Of a stretch of 64,000 nucleotides of DNA, positions 42,249-55,003 are shown piece after piece. The notes under the pieces are model-generated. The model had not been told where the DNA came from. It did not search any database and saw only the letters and a program-made list of their open reading frames with translations. This stretch comes from Octopus sinensis (taxonomy: Eukaryota): assembly GCF_006345805.1 (NCBI RefSeq), contig NC_043008.1:77066001-77130000 (forward strand), given 5' to 3'. Within the stretch, counting starts at the first letter, position 1; every line of letters starts with the position of its first letter. The position numbers were made by a program, and so were the translations under genes.

Positions 42249-44519
42249 CTTTACAATTTGGAAAGTGTTTTGGTTCTTTCAGGAGCCATGAATAGAGGTG
42301 GCTAAACTGGGGTACACGTTCCCTGCATATGTGGTACCACGAGTTGCATGTAATCAGTCTTTGTAAATAGTGTTCACATCCCATAAAGCTATGAGGCCAA
42401 CCTAGATGTTTCACCTTGGAAAAATTTCACTTAAATAATTCAAATAAAAACATGTACCATTGGGTTTCTGTCCTGAATATTTATAAAATAATCACTTCTT
42501 ACATAGGCATGACGTCTCAGACTTATAGGGGAGGGATACAGGAGTATGACAATCATGCTTTTCCTAAGGGCACTGGCAACTTATATGAAATGTTTTGCAT
42601 TTTCTCACTGGGAACTGAAATTTGTTTAATGATTCAATTACCCAAACAAGACAATTATTATATACAAAAAAATGATAAATAACCCTAATGAAGAAAATGA
42701 TAATCAAGATATTCTTGTTAAGAGTTCAACATATCTTCCTGCCCTTTGTTGAATATGGTCATCTTAGTAGTTTGGCCACCGTTGTTCAGCAGTTGGTCCA
42801 CTCCAAGTGACACTACAGGTTTATCACAATATGCTGTGTCATCCACACAAGCAAGTAGTTTTACAAACATACAACCAGCTGTTGATAGCAATCCAGCTGT
42901 CAACGACACTGGAGAAGCTACTTTCTTAAAAACAAGAAAGACATTTTTAGATCCCTGAAAACCAAATATGTTAAGGCATTCTGGTTTCTGCTCAGTAAAT
43001 TGTAGTTTCTTAAAATTTCTAAAACAAAAAAAAAGTATCAAGTGTATTTATGTATATGAATATAGGTATGTGTACAACTGTGTGTATGTATATGTATACA
43101 TATACACACACACACGCATATATATATATATATATATAGTGTATTACATATGAAGCTTGGTTGTGTAGCTTTTCTTTTCCTGTGGTGGCCACAACTCCAA
43201 AATACAGGATATTGTCACAACCAAAACCAAAGGTAGATGTGGTTTCTCAGATATGAAGATACAGCAAATCACAACAGTCACTTGTGCATGTAACATAAAA
43301 GACCATGAAGTCTGAGAATTTCTTAAATTGAAATTCCCTCACAGAATTTTATAACTGCCTATGTTTGCATATAGTGACCTCATAATAATTGGTGCGTGAG
43401 TGTTTATGAGTGTGTGTGTGTGTGGTGTGTGTGTGTGTGTGTGTGTGTGTGCAAATTCTACTATAAATAGAAAAAATAAATAATAATATTAAAAGTTATT
43501 TTAACCATTCTCCAAGTGTCTCCCTTCAACAGTATAATTACATAGAAAGAGGTTTGTGTGTGTATGGGACTTATATTTTGGACCCTACCAAATAAAATTT
43601 AGGTCTTTTAGATGCTTTAACACTCATTGTGTTTTATTGTTCCATCTCAACTTCTGGTTTTGTTGATCTTTCACAATGAAATTTGCATACAGGCTTTTTC
43701 TTTCACAATTACATAGCCACATGCATATACGCACACACACATTATATATATATATATATATCATCATCATACATACATATATACATACACTCACTCACAC
43801 ATACATATATACACACAAAATACATAAATTGCAGTTTATAGTGCACATATGGCAACACATTGAAATACATGAACAAGGGATGGGATTCATAATAGTCACT
43901 TTTGAGTCTGCAAGTCTATAATCCCATGTTTGGTTCTAGCTTCATTTTGGCCCATCTGTTACCACAGTTGTTCTATTTGCCAATGGAATCACAAGTCAGT
44001 CCATTTATATATTTGTTCCACAATCTTTTATAAATTAGTTTCTATTTAGACAGTTTACTGTCTAATACCTGCACAATCTGTATCACGGCGCTGTGTTAGC
44101 TCTCAAGCACACACTTGTGCTACTTCAAATGCACAATGGTGCTCTCCTCTCTCCATATTGCTTTGCACATCTTTCTCTGAATGTCAACCATTGCAGTAAC
44201 AGAGGGAATTTTCCTGCCAATGTTAACAAAAAAGAAATGTAAGTTCTTAGAATCAGCATTAGAACCAGAATTAACTGGATTTTCTGCTTTCTCAATGATA
44301 TGAAAGCTTCTTTTTCCTCCATTTCTTCTCTGTTTCTTTGCCAACAATCAACCCAGATAGATGGCACTAACAGCAATATCAGCAGTATACTTTTGATAGC
44401 TTTCATAATGTCTTTCTTTGATGGAATTAGTTTCAGTTCTGTTGACTTCTGCAGTCCTTTGTATGGTTGTTTCACATCAATCCAACTTCTAGGTAGCATG
44501 CAAGCATGCTACAGTGCAT

Positions 44520-44761
44520 TCACAGGTCTTGAAGAAGATCTTTAAGTAAGACTTCCACATCAGTTTTACCATGAATATAACGGCAAAACAAATTGTCTAC
44601 CATTTTACAATTGATGCCATACAAAGAAGGGAGACTCATAAGAACACGTGAAAATCTGATGTGGTCCCGTGGATGTTTGGTGTTGATATGTTGCTGGAGT
44701 CTTTGTTGAATACAGCTGTTCATGCTATCGACAATGGAAGCCATCTCTAATCCAACATAAC
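44520..44761 (-). CDS. NR0B: NR0B-type nuclear receptor, terminal coding exon (LBD helices 9-12, AF-2)
   Basis: Acceptor acctttcag| at 44762/44761 matches the phase-1 donor: G|GT TAT gives G-YVGLEMASIVDSMNSCIQQRLQQHINTKHPRDHIRFSRVLMSLPSLYGINCKMVDNLFCRYIHGKTDVEVLLKDLLQDL*. It has RF..L..LP.L and an AF-2-like LLKDLL. TGA at 44522-44520. Confidence 0.9.
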
Positions 44762-45037
44762 CTGAAAGGTGACAAAACAATAGAATATTAATAATACAAT
44801 AAGAAAAAGTGGTAGAATCATGGCCAATACACAGAAACAGTAAAAACCATTCACTCAATCAATTCACAGATCAGAGAAACTTAGCATTTTAAAAATGTTT
44901 GCTAATAATCAAAACAATCACTGACTATTTGGTTTCACAAAGATATACACTGATGTCAGAACTGTATTCATCAGTAATCTTCATATGGATTTAAAGGCCT
45001 GCTCTCTCTCTCTCTCTCTCATACACAGACTTTGCTA

Positions 45038-45190
45038 CAGGCATGGCTGGGTGATAAGAAGTTTGCTTCCCAACCACATGGTTCCAGATTCAGCTCTACT
45101 GCGTAGCACCTTCAGGAAGTATCTTGCATTATAGCCTCAGGCCAAAGCCTTGTGAGTGGATTGATAGAGGGAAACTGAAAGAAGCCCATT
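45038..45190 (+). mobile_element. CORE-type SINE in the NR0B intron (further copies 46862-47005 minus, 56484-56760)
   Basis: Similar to the 5721/6258 family. Confidence 0.7.
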
Positions 45191-45249
45191 GTATATAAAT
45201 GTGCTTTTGTGTATGTACAGACATGGACATAAGTATACATACATGCACA

Positions 45250-45281
<32 letters not shown>

Positions 45282-45778
45282 AATATAGATACATATTTAT
45301 ACATCTATTTATATACACACACACACACACATGTAACTACATCCCAATTACTCCTTATCAGAAGAGCACCATACTTTCACATGTCCACATGAATGTAGGT
45401 GGCTCTTCAAACCAGCTTCCATTCAGCAAGAACATTCACAGATATAACCCTTGAACTATCCTGTTTCCTGATATCACCAGTGGAGTTGTGATCTCATGTA
45501 TTTTACTATGCCTGGTTAAGTCACTAGCTGACTCACAAATTAAGCTACATTCATTACAAATGTTGTCAAAGAGGATGTGGCAGCAAAACCACCTGCTTGA
45601 TTTCTCCCTAGCCCATGTGAATGTGTGATTAATCCAGCTCTTGAGAAGAAATCATCCACACACATTGCACTTCAATTCCAGCTGGAGCTCCGCAGGCACT
45701 GCTCTTGAGTCTTGCTTGTGGAGTGATTGCACAGAGAAGTATGCTGCATTGAAGCGTTCACTCAAAGACATCACATCT

Positions 45779-45907
45779 ATTAGTTTCAGTTCATGCAAAG
45801 GACTTCCACAGCCCTTTGCATGATTATTTCACATCAAACCAAATCTAGGCAGCATGCAACATTGCATTCACAGGTCTTGAAGAAGATCTTTAAGTAAGAC
45901 TTCCACA
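45779..45907. repeat. Local direct duplication of 44426-44559 (end of NR0B CDS plus start of 3'UTR)
   Basis: 45 identical bp (tgcattcacaggtcttgaagaagatctttaagtaagacttccaca) flanked by a clearly homologous but diverged ~85-bp UTR segment starting attagtttcagttc. Confidence 0.95.
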
Positions 45908-45930
45908 ACCTTTCCCAATGTTATCCATAT
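45868..45930 (-). CDS. Candidate alternative terminal exon built on a duplicated AF-2 segment (IWITLGKVVEVLLKDLLQDL*)
   Basis: Acceptor cttttatgttag| at 45931/45930. 45863-45907 is identical to 44515-44559. In frame only after the 23-nt microexon. Confidence 0.42.
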   Translation of the reverse strand: MWITLGKVVEVLLKDLLQDL

Positions 45931-46387
45931 CTAACATAAAAGCTTTTAAAATTGTCTTTTGTAACATCTTTAAATCACTTCTTGGTTTGTGATCTTACCT
46001 TTTCCCTCTGGTCAGTTCCCTGTAAATTATGCACCTGAGGAGTCCTCTATCATAGGGATGATTCATGACTGACATTTCAGTACATGGTCCTACTATAGAT
46101 AGCACTCAGAAACCAATCACATGATGTTTTACACACAATTTGTAAGAGTGTGGAACATCTGTTCCATGAGCACATAAAGCGTTGCTCCTTGGAGATTTCA
46201 ATGCAAATGTGATCACAACACCTGGAGTGCTTTAGGACATTATAGTATGGGCAAAAGGGCAAGATGAACATCAATGGCCATCTCCAATTATGCACTGTTA
46301 GTTGTGAGCAACATTTTCTCTCAATAAAAAGATATCTGCAAAGCAACTTACATCTAAGCATTGAGACATTTCTAATTATATTCTTAC

Positions 46388-46410
46388 CAGAGAGACCTCC
46401 ACCATCTGTT
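46388..46410 (-). CDS. Candidate 23-nt alternative microexon of the NR0B gene (E-QMVEVSL)
   Basis: Minus strand reads ctgttacag|AACAGATGGTGGAGGTCTCTCTG|gtaaga: canonical AG/GT, converts phase 1 to phase 0. Usage is inferred. Confidence 0.4.
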
Positions 46411-46455
46411 CTGTAACAGTAATGTACACACACAACACACACATATATAAATAAA

Positions 46456-46515
<60 letters not shown>

Positions 46516-46673
46516 CATGCATATATATATAAATATATACACAAATACATATGTATGTATATATATATATATAATATATATATATATATACACACACACA
46601 CAGATATACAAAATAGACACATATATATACAAAATGAATATATATACACAAACATATATATGTATATATATAT

Positions 46674-46798
<125 letters not shown>

Positions 46799-47769
46799 CA
46801 CACACATATATACACACACACACACATATATATACACACACACTCATGTATATGTATATATGACGAGTTTCTTTCAGTTTCTGCTTACCAAATCCACTCG
46901 CAAAGCTTTGGGCAGCCTGAATCTATAGAAGTAGACTCTTGCCCAAGGTGCCATGCAGTGAGACTGAAGCCAGAACCATGCAGTTAGGAAGCATGCTTCT
47001 TACCATATGGTCATATATATAGATATATATATATAACCCATGCCAGCATGGAAAGTAGACGTTAAATGATATATATATTCAAGTATAAATATATATATAT
47101 GAATATAAATATGCACATACACACACATACATATATATATATACATACATACACACACACACATTTACATACATATATTGTGGATTTAACATTTGTTTTT
47201 CTAGATTAGAATTGTTCAGACTGGAGTTATTTGAAACTGGCTTTATTGCCAGATGCTTTTTTCTGTTGCCAACTCATACTTGTCTTGAAGTAAGGATTCT
47301 CTTTATAATGCACATACCTAAAAGCACAGAGTAACCAGTTATAATGTCCATTGAACATTTCAATAGGATCCAACAGTTTAGAGGACGTTTTGCTCCAGTG
47401 TCTCAGTTTTGACATGATTTCTACCCTTTCTAACACTAACCATTAAAGAAAGTGCCCATCACTGTAGAGGCTGTCTTGCTGTTTTCAAGAGTAAAGGGCC
47501 CTCTCATATCCTAGATTGTCACTACTCAATTTTATTTATTATTACCAGCTACATACATGGTGTACTGAATGCTTTTTAGCAACAGCACCACTAAATAATT
47601 GAGAACAGCATGTTGCTTTGTATACTAGCATGCTTTCAACTGGCTTCATGCAGTTTCCATTCATCAAATTCCCTTACATGGCATTTGTTGGTCTAGGGCT
47701 GTAGTAGAAGACACCCTAAATGGCACACATTAACAAATATATTACATATATAGTATGTGTGTGCGCATG

Positions 47770-48103
47770 TTTCTGAGACCCCCTTCTATTATGACTGACC
47801 ATGGGATTGCACCTAGAAAGTTACCCTCCCAGGCAGAAGTCTGAGCAAGGTTGTTTATGGAAGACCAGCAGTCGCCCATGCATACCGGCCTCCCCTCTCC
47901 ATGCCAACAGTGTTATCCAAGGTAAAGGCAAAGGCTGATATAGCTTGGTACCTGTGATGGATACTGCAACTCATTTTTACAGCTGAGTGAACTGGAGAAA
48001 AGTGAAATAAAGTGTCTTGCTCAAGAACACAACACGCAGCCCGGCCTGGGATTCGAACTCACAATCTCATGATCGTAAGATCAGTGCTCTAACCACTCAG
48101 CTA
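47770..48103 (-). mobile_element. tRNA-derived SINE in the NR0B intron
   Basis: Minus strand GTAGCTGAGTGGTTAGAGCACTG...GAGTTCGAATCCC head followed by gtgttgtgttcttgagcaagacact core. Confidence 0.7.
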
Positions 48104-48290
48104 CGTGTGTGTGTATATATATACACATGAGAGAGAAAGAGAGCATATACACAGATACGGCCTAGTTTGTTTCTCATTGAGAGTATTGCCTGAGAACACA
48201 CACATGCATCCTTAGACAAACACATGCATTCAAGTATAGATGCACCTAAGTGTACATGCACACAGCTATTTAAAAGTAAATGGTACTAAC

Positions 48291-49992
48291 CAGCATTGAA
48301 AAGCACCAACATTCTTAAGTATTTGTATTCAGAACTATCCAAGTTCATACACTGACATTTGCGTATGATGCTCTGTATACTTTCAACAGACTTCATGGTT
48401 GGTTCATCAGACGCTGGAACCTCGTGGTCACGGGCTGGAGATGATGGAAGAGGCGTGACAGCAAACTGGAAGTTATTCTCAGCCATATGCATTAACAGCA
48501 TACGAGTCCATGAGTTCAAGATGAGCGTTAGGCGGTCGTTGTTGGGAAGCTTCATAAATTGAGGAATTTCTTTAGCAAACTTGACCATTTTGTAAAGCCA
48601 TTCAGTGACACGGGCGCTGATTGGCAGAAGGTTTTTTTTGGCCAGGGTCACACGAGCTGTGCTAGACAATAAGTAATCTTTCGAACCATCATATTCTATT
48701 TTAGCTTCTTTTTCTTGTGACATAGTGTCATCATTTGAGGAAGAATTTGATGAAGAAATGGAAGAAAAGTCTGATGAGGACGATAATGACATTTTATTTT
48801 GTTTGGAATCATTTCGACCACAACTGAGAAGATCTCGCAAGAGTGAATGTCCATTTTTTGATTGGGTTGAAGATTGGTTCTGGAGCGGTGGAGATGGACG
48901 GCTATCAATACCAGCTTGATAAGAATCACTATTCTGCAAAGACTGCTGGGATAGTTGAGGCTGGGAAGTAGATTGCCAAGGTGACCGATGCTCATCTTGG
49001 TGGCCAGTCAATGAATTATGATGTAATACTAATCTTGGAGAGATGCAGTGTCTGCTCGGTGAGTTATTACATGAGTCTTTCTTATGTGAAGACTGACCCT
49101 GCATAGCAAGGCTGTGTTGAATTTCCATAGACATGTCACTGCTCTGGACACTTGAAGACTGTTGTTGTAAACTATGGTGTGGTACATCTAATAGTTGATG
49201 TTGTTTCTGCTGCTGCTGCTGATGTAATGGGGGGATTGTTGATAAGTGATTTTCGATAGGAGATTGTCGCTGTTGAATTGAAGTATCACTGAGAAACTGG
49301 ATTGGAGAATGTCTGCTTCTGAGAGGTTGATTTATTGAAGAATTTGCCATTTGCATGGCCTGCTGATCCACTGACATGTATGTGGTACCACAGGAAGAAA
49401 GGAGTGAAGGATCCGTTGTTCTACCATTGTCATGTGTATATTGATATGTTAATGGAAATGTAGCATCTTCTAGTTGGTGCTCCTCTCCTCCATAGCCAGA
49501 GCTGTCACTACAAATAGATTTCCTACTTCCTGTCGAACAAATTGAAGATGCAGATGAAGAAAAGCCTTTACAAGATAAATCCATTGGTTCTGATTGGTAA
49601 CCTGATGGACTTGATGCTGAAGAGCGAGAAACGTCAGATTTATGATAAAATGATTGACCAGTAGAGTAGCAAGGACTGGCTGAGAAAGAACGATCTGAAA
49701 ATGCTGTTGGAGAGGGTGATGTAGAGCAAGATGAAGAATTTGATGGTGATGAAGATAGGTGAGGTGAGGTAGTTAAATGGGAATAACTGGCAGGAACTTG
49801 GCCCAAGAGAACACTCTCCAGAGTGTTATACCGTTTCTCATAAGGTGTGGTCCTTTCCTGTGTAGCTGGGTAAGATTCCCAGTTTAGATAAGAGGGCTGC
49901 ATTGTCAGATGAGGAGAGTTCTGGTTTGGACTACCTGTCCACTTCAGTGGTTCATAGTGGATATTGGAGATAGAAAACTGCATTTCCCCCAT
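48291..49992 (-). CDS. NR0B: NR0B-type (DAX-1/SHP-like) orphan nuclear receptor, large first coding exon: Ser/Gln-rich N-terminus plus LBD helices ~3-8
   Basis: 568-aa ORF ending in an LBD: VKFAKEIPQFMKLPNNDRLTLILNSWTRMLL...PTMKSVESIQSIIRKCQCMNLDSSEYKYLRMLVLFNA, resembling DAX-1 ([43 protein letters not shown], from recall). No C4 zinc fingers. Acceptor ttttatcttcag| opens the exon at 50006; phase-1 donor G|gttagt at 48291/48290. Confidence 0.88.
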
Positions 49993-51810
49993 TCTTATTG
50001 TGTAATCTGAAGATAAAAAGGAAAAAAAAAAAAAATTTTTTAAACTGCCAAATATTTTAGATTTTTAAAAGAAGAAACAGAGAGAGATAGAGAGAGAGAG
50101 AGATAATACTAGCATTGAATATTTACCAACAAAACATCTGCGATAAAATAAATATTTATGTGTTTAATTGTTTGCAAGGACTTGTGCATTTAGACAGGTC
50201 ACACTTTAAGGGCTGCTGATACAAACAAAACTAATACCAGCTGATACTGAACCAATGACATTGAAGTATATGAGGAGACAGGGGAGTCAGATGCAGTTAA
50301 ACATTTTAAAGTCAGAATATGAAGATGAAATTTACAACTCAGAAGTTTAAAAACGTCTCCACCATTGAAAATTTAAGAATAAGTAAAAAAAAACAAAAAC
50401 ATCTTTAGTAACTAAAAAAAAAGAATAATTTGGGCAAATTGGACTGGGGTCTAGTGTAGAATGATGAGGGGTATGGGGTGGTATATGGTGTAGGGTAAAG
50501 AAACTGGTATGGTCTAGTGTGATGAGAAGTGGTGTAGCATGGTGGAGTAGGTTGTAGTTAGGTGTGTGGTGCTGTATTGTAGGGGATATAGGGTAGTACT
50601 GATAGAACGCATAGTGTGGTGGTGTGGGGTCAGATGTAGTGAAGTAGTGAGATGGGGTGTTTGGTGCTTGCTGCATTGGTTAAGTGTTATCTCTTTACTA
50701 TAATATAATATCATGACTATCAAACAAGCTGACACAGGAAAATGTTAAGAATAGCCTCCTCGCCACCATCATGGACAACTTGGATAAAGAGAAATAACAG
50801 TAAATACTTCATTGGTTTTATCAATATACTAAGAAACGATAAAATAGTAGGGATGGGAAAAGATTCAGACTGGGTGTATGGGTGTGCTCACATATACATA
50901 AACATACACACACATATAAACACATATATTGACACACATACATAAATACACACACACACACTACACACATTAAAATAATGGCTCTTGGTAGACCAATATT
51001 CATGTTTTCGCCAATTTAAAATTCCTGTAGGAAACGGGATTTATCTACTTCACCAAAAAGATTTGGGTTCTCCCAGATTTTGCTTTTCCGTATCAGAGAG
51101 AGAGAGAGAGAGATGAGTTATAGACTGCAACAGCTTGTACTAATTATAATAATTAGTAAATATTTATAAACAGAATGGTGGTAAACTAGTTAATTTATTC
51201 ACAGCATTATGTGTAAGTGTGCGTGGGGTGGGAGGCACTGGCTTCTCCGTCACTCCCTTCGTCTATCAGTCTGTGTATGTGTGTAACATGGTAGCAGTGG
51301 AGGCGGTAGCCAAGAAGACGGGGACGTAGGTGAAGTGACAAGTTCCAGAGACACGAGTTTGGCCAACTTTTCGTGGCAGCTAATTTTAGCAACATCGCGT
51401 CTACGAAGACTTCGTCTTTGGAGTTTTCCCCTACAGCCATTAAGTGTAACACAATTAATAATTGTAGTCAGGGGTCAAACAAACGACAGTAACATCCATT
51501 GAATACGAGTGTAAACTGATGCCGAAATAGCACGTAATAATAACGTCCCCTCACTCTTTTGTGTGTGTGTGCGTGAGAGAGAGAGAGTGTGTGTGACAGA
51601 AAGAGAGAGAGAGAGAGACGTTCAACACATTCTTAGTCGCAACATCCAATAAGGCGGAAAGAGCTTTATTGGGGGAGGGGCTGCAGACGACAATGAAACT
51701 GTTCGGTAATTATGTGATATTCATGCCATCCCCAGTAATATTAGTGATGGAAAGAGTTCATACAAGAAAAAAGAAAATCAACTCTGCCTCACCTGGCCGC
51801 TTTTAAACAG

Positions 51811-51848
<38 letters not shown>

Positions 51849-54609
51849 GGTTGAGTAAGTTTCGATCAATATTGATTTCTGACAGTCGAGTTGCCTGAAT
51901 AAATTAGCTGACACCGTTTAGTGCGCGAGTTCGAATAGCAGCAGAGATTTGGTTAGTAATTCCCTTTCGAGGACCATTTTCCTAGGAACAATCAGTCACC
52001 TTCGCCCTACATTTGTGGGTGAGTTATTTTTGTACTGGACTGTTTGGGTACAAAAGCACGTATGCGCGCGCACAGGGTGCAATAATAAGATTATGTTGTT
52101 TTCATGCCTTTCTCAAGGGTAAGTATATCATAATCTACATTAACCAGGATCTCAGATTTAGCTTACCACCAACTTTTTCAATATTGGATCTCAGCTTACA
52201 TTAGCAAAAAAAACAAAAAAAAATCAAATTTATCTGAATCGATGTAAAAAAAATCTTTTTTGTAAGAAAAGTCTGTTAACGGGGCGAGGAAAGTTAAATA
52301 CCTTACCAAAAGAACAAGGAAGTCAGACATGTAAATTAGAAACCCGAGTTTACTTTCCTTTGTTGTAAGGAATGAGGGAGAGAGGAAGGGAGGTGAACGC
52401 ACTCGACAGACACCTGGGTACTTGCTGTTCTCTATGACAAAGGTGTAGTGTCATTTGCTAGGTAAATGATAATTACAGAGACCCTTAATGAGAGAATTAA
52501 CTCTAAACTAATCAAGACGTGATACAAGATTAGGGTAATCCTGTATGAGGCAGGCATTTCTATTTTTAGATAATTAGTTGAAGAATGGGGTGTAGTGCCC
52601 TGTAATCCTTGTAGGTCGTCCTAGACTGAACAAAGGACGCAAACAGTCGGGGACTGACTACGGAGACAATGAAACCGACCTGAAGGCTTTGTTACTGAAA
52701 TAATTAACAATCAATCAAAACTGAATAACACACAACCAATTTATATAGCGACAGGATAGAGTATTTAGAATGATCCCAGAATATTACAGGTACTCATATC
52801 ACTAACCCTGGTATTAGAAGATAAGACATTCACAAACTAGGAGCAGAAGGACATTGTCTTGCACGTTCCTGTATTTTCAAACGGAACTCTTTGTACTGCA
52901 GCAAAATATACGAACGACCTCAGGTGAACCCGAACGAAAGAACACGAAGAAAAAAAATACCATCTGGATTTGAACCTAAACTGAACCCACTGTTTTCGAT
53001 CTCTTTATCAACGTTTGCGATTAATAAATATCGTCATCATTATTGTTACAAAGAAAGCATTATCATCTTTATTAAAATCCCGCCAAGGTCATCTTAGCCT
53101 TTCATCTTTTCGGGGTCGATTAAATAAAGCATCAATCAAAAGCTGGGAGTAATGTTATCGACTGAACCTTTCCTCCTCAAAATTGCTGGCCCTGTGCCTT
53201 AACCAAAAGCTATACTTTATTATTTACAGAATTTCCAACAGTAAAATACTTATTAAGAAATGTTAAAGCTGACTGAATTTTTCAATGTTCAACTACTGTT
53301 CAATTACAGGTATAATAATAATAATAATAATAATCTTTCAAACAATAAATTACATGGCATAGGGTCGGAGTACATACTTAATCACCTTCAATATATAACT
53401 GGTATTTCATCGTCAACGGACCTGAGGCAAAATTCGGAAGTCGTTAAGGCCTTTAACCCTGCGCTCACAACCAAAGGGTATTTTTATGTCGTAAGGTAGA
53501 AATAAACCCGGGAAAGAAATGCAAAATAACAAAGTGTGTGTGCAGTGGCTGTTTGTAAAACCCATACACAAACAAATAAAAAAAAGACACTGATATGAAA
53601 AAAAATTTAACAAAGATAATTATTGAGTGCAAAAAGAGGGAGAGAGGGGGAAGTCTCTCTCAGAAACAATAATAATAATAATAATAAAACTACCTTATAA
53701 TGATGTTTCTCTTTTCTTTCCGTCTGACGGTTGTCTTTGTTTCCTGTTGGTAAATTAAGTGAGGTCTCCGACCGACAAATGATTCAGTTGAATAATCGAA
53801 GCTAGAAACTGTGACCTTACTTGCCGGTACATTTAGCTATTGGTTTTCCTCCCCTTTAATACAGATCGATATCTTTCACCTAGATATCTCAATATAATTA
53901 ACAGAGGAAGTAAAGGTTCATAGGTGACTGCGTTTAAACAATTTATACAAGTTTGTTAACAAACCAGAAAGTTGTTTGGGGTTTCAATCAATTAATTAGA
54001 AATTATTACTTTTGGAGGGCTTTGTTTTTTTTTTTAACTTTCCAAATAAATTAATTTGTTAATCATATATTTCTCGTCTTTGTCTCAGAAAAACTGACTT
54101 GGGTTAAAAAAAAAAGTTAATTATGTTTGTCGATTCTTTTTCTAAAATTTATAAAAGGTAAAACTTAAATCCAAATATGTCCAGACTGTGTTAAAAAATA
54201 ATAAATGTAGTAGAGTGTATTTAATGTAGTCAGTTGTTGGAGCTGACAACACATGGAAACGTCTGCCGGGGTTGTGTTCAATGGTAAGAATGTGGTGATC
54301 TTGCAGATCCAGCTTAACTTACTACAACTGTTGGAGAGAGGGGAATAGTGGCAGGTAGTGATAGAGTGGAAGTAACTCTTGGACAGGAGTTTACGTGTAA
54401 ACGGCAGTGATAGTGATGATGATAGTGGTAGTGGTGGGAGATGATAGCCGCTGCAGACAGTGGGAGAGTGAAAGAGTGAAACAGAGAATGGGTGAAAGAA
54501 AGAGACAGGATGAGAGAGAGGGTGAGAAAGACAGATAGAGAACAAAGAGAATATAGTAGTAGTAGTAGTTGTTGTAGTACTAGTAGTAGTAGTAGTAAAA
54601 GAACGAACA

Positions 54610-54880
54610 GGATGAAGAGGAATACTAGGAGGAGTTGTCTTATATACACACATATAAAGCCGTTCCCACCACCACTACCGCTAATACCTTCGTCACTACC
54701 ATACAACCAGTACCGCCTCACCACTACCACCTCCACCATACCATTGCCACCGTCTATCACGTGCCGCCCATTTCGCGTGTGCAGTTGATGTTCTCCAACA
54801 GTTGTTGTGTCTGACGTCAGACTTCACCTTCAGTTTGGTGGTGGTGATGGTGGTGGGAGTGACGGTGGCTCTAACGTGAC
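54610..54880 (-). promoter_or_regulatory. Candidate core/proximal promoter of the NR0B gene
   Basis: Minus-strand TATATAAG at 54646-54639, with a pyrimidine TCA Inr-like site ~33 nt downstream (54613). E-box CACGTG 54758-54763, GC box 54764-54769, and full CRE TGACGTCA 54812-54819 inside the palindrome GTCTGACGTCAGAC. Candidate donors follow at 54322 (gtaagt) and 53820 (CAA|gtaagg). Confidence 0.55.
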
Positions 54881-54969
54881 TGAGTGTGTGTGTGTATGTG
54901 TTTATGTCCTACAGTCTGTGTGGGTGGCTGACAGAGAAAGAGTGTCTGTGACGGTTCAGCTACTTAACA

Positions 54970-55003
<34 letters not shown>

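Noticed and set aside
44120-44499. ORFs directly downstream of the NR0B stop
   Set aside because: No recognisable domain; most likely 3'UTR.
44762-44858. N-terminal part of ORF 44520-44858 (MSEWFLL...)
   Set aside because: Intronic; the true exon starts at the AG acceptor 44762/44761.
45868-45930. Direct splicing of the large exon to the duplicated AF-2 exon
   Set aside because: Out of frame (gives DMDNIGKGCGSLT*); only the microexon route keeps AF-2.
48030-48103. tRNA-like sequences (also 94-180, 7200-7273, 25015-25089)
   Set aside because: SINE heads running into SINE cores; no complete cloverleaf.
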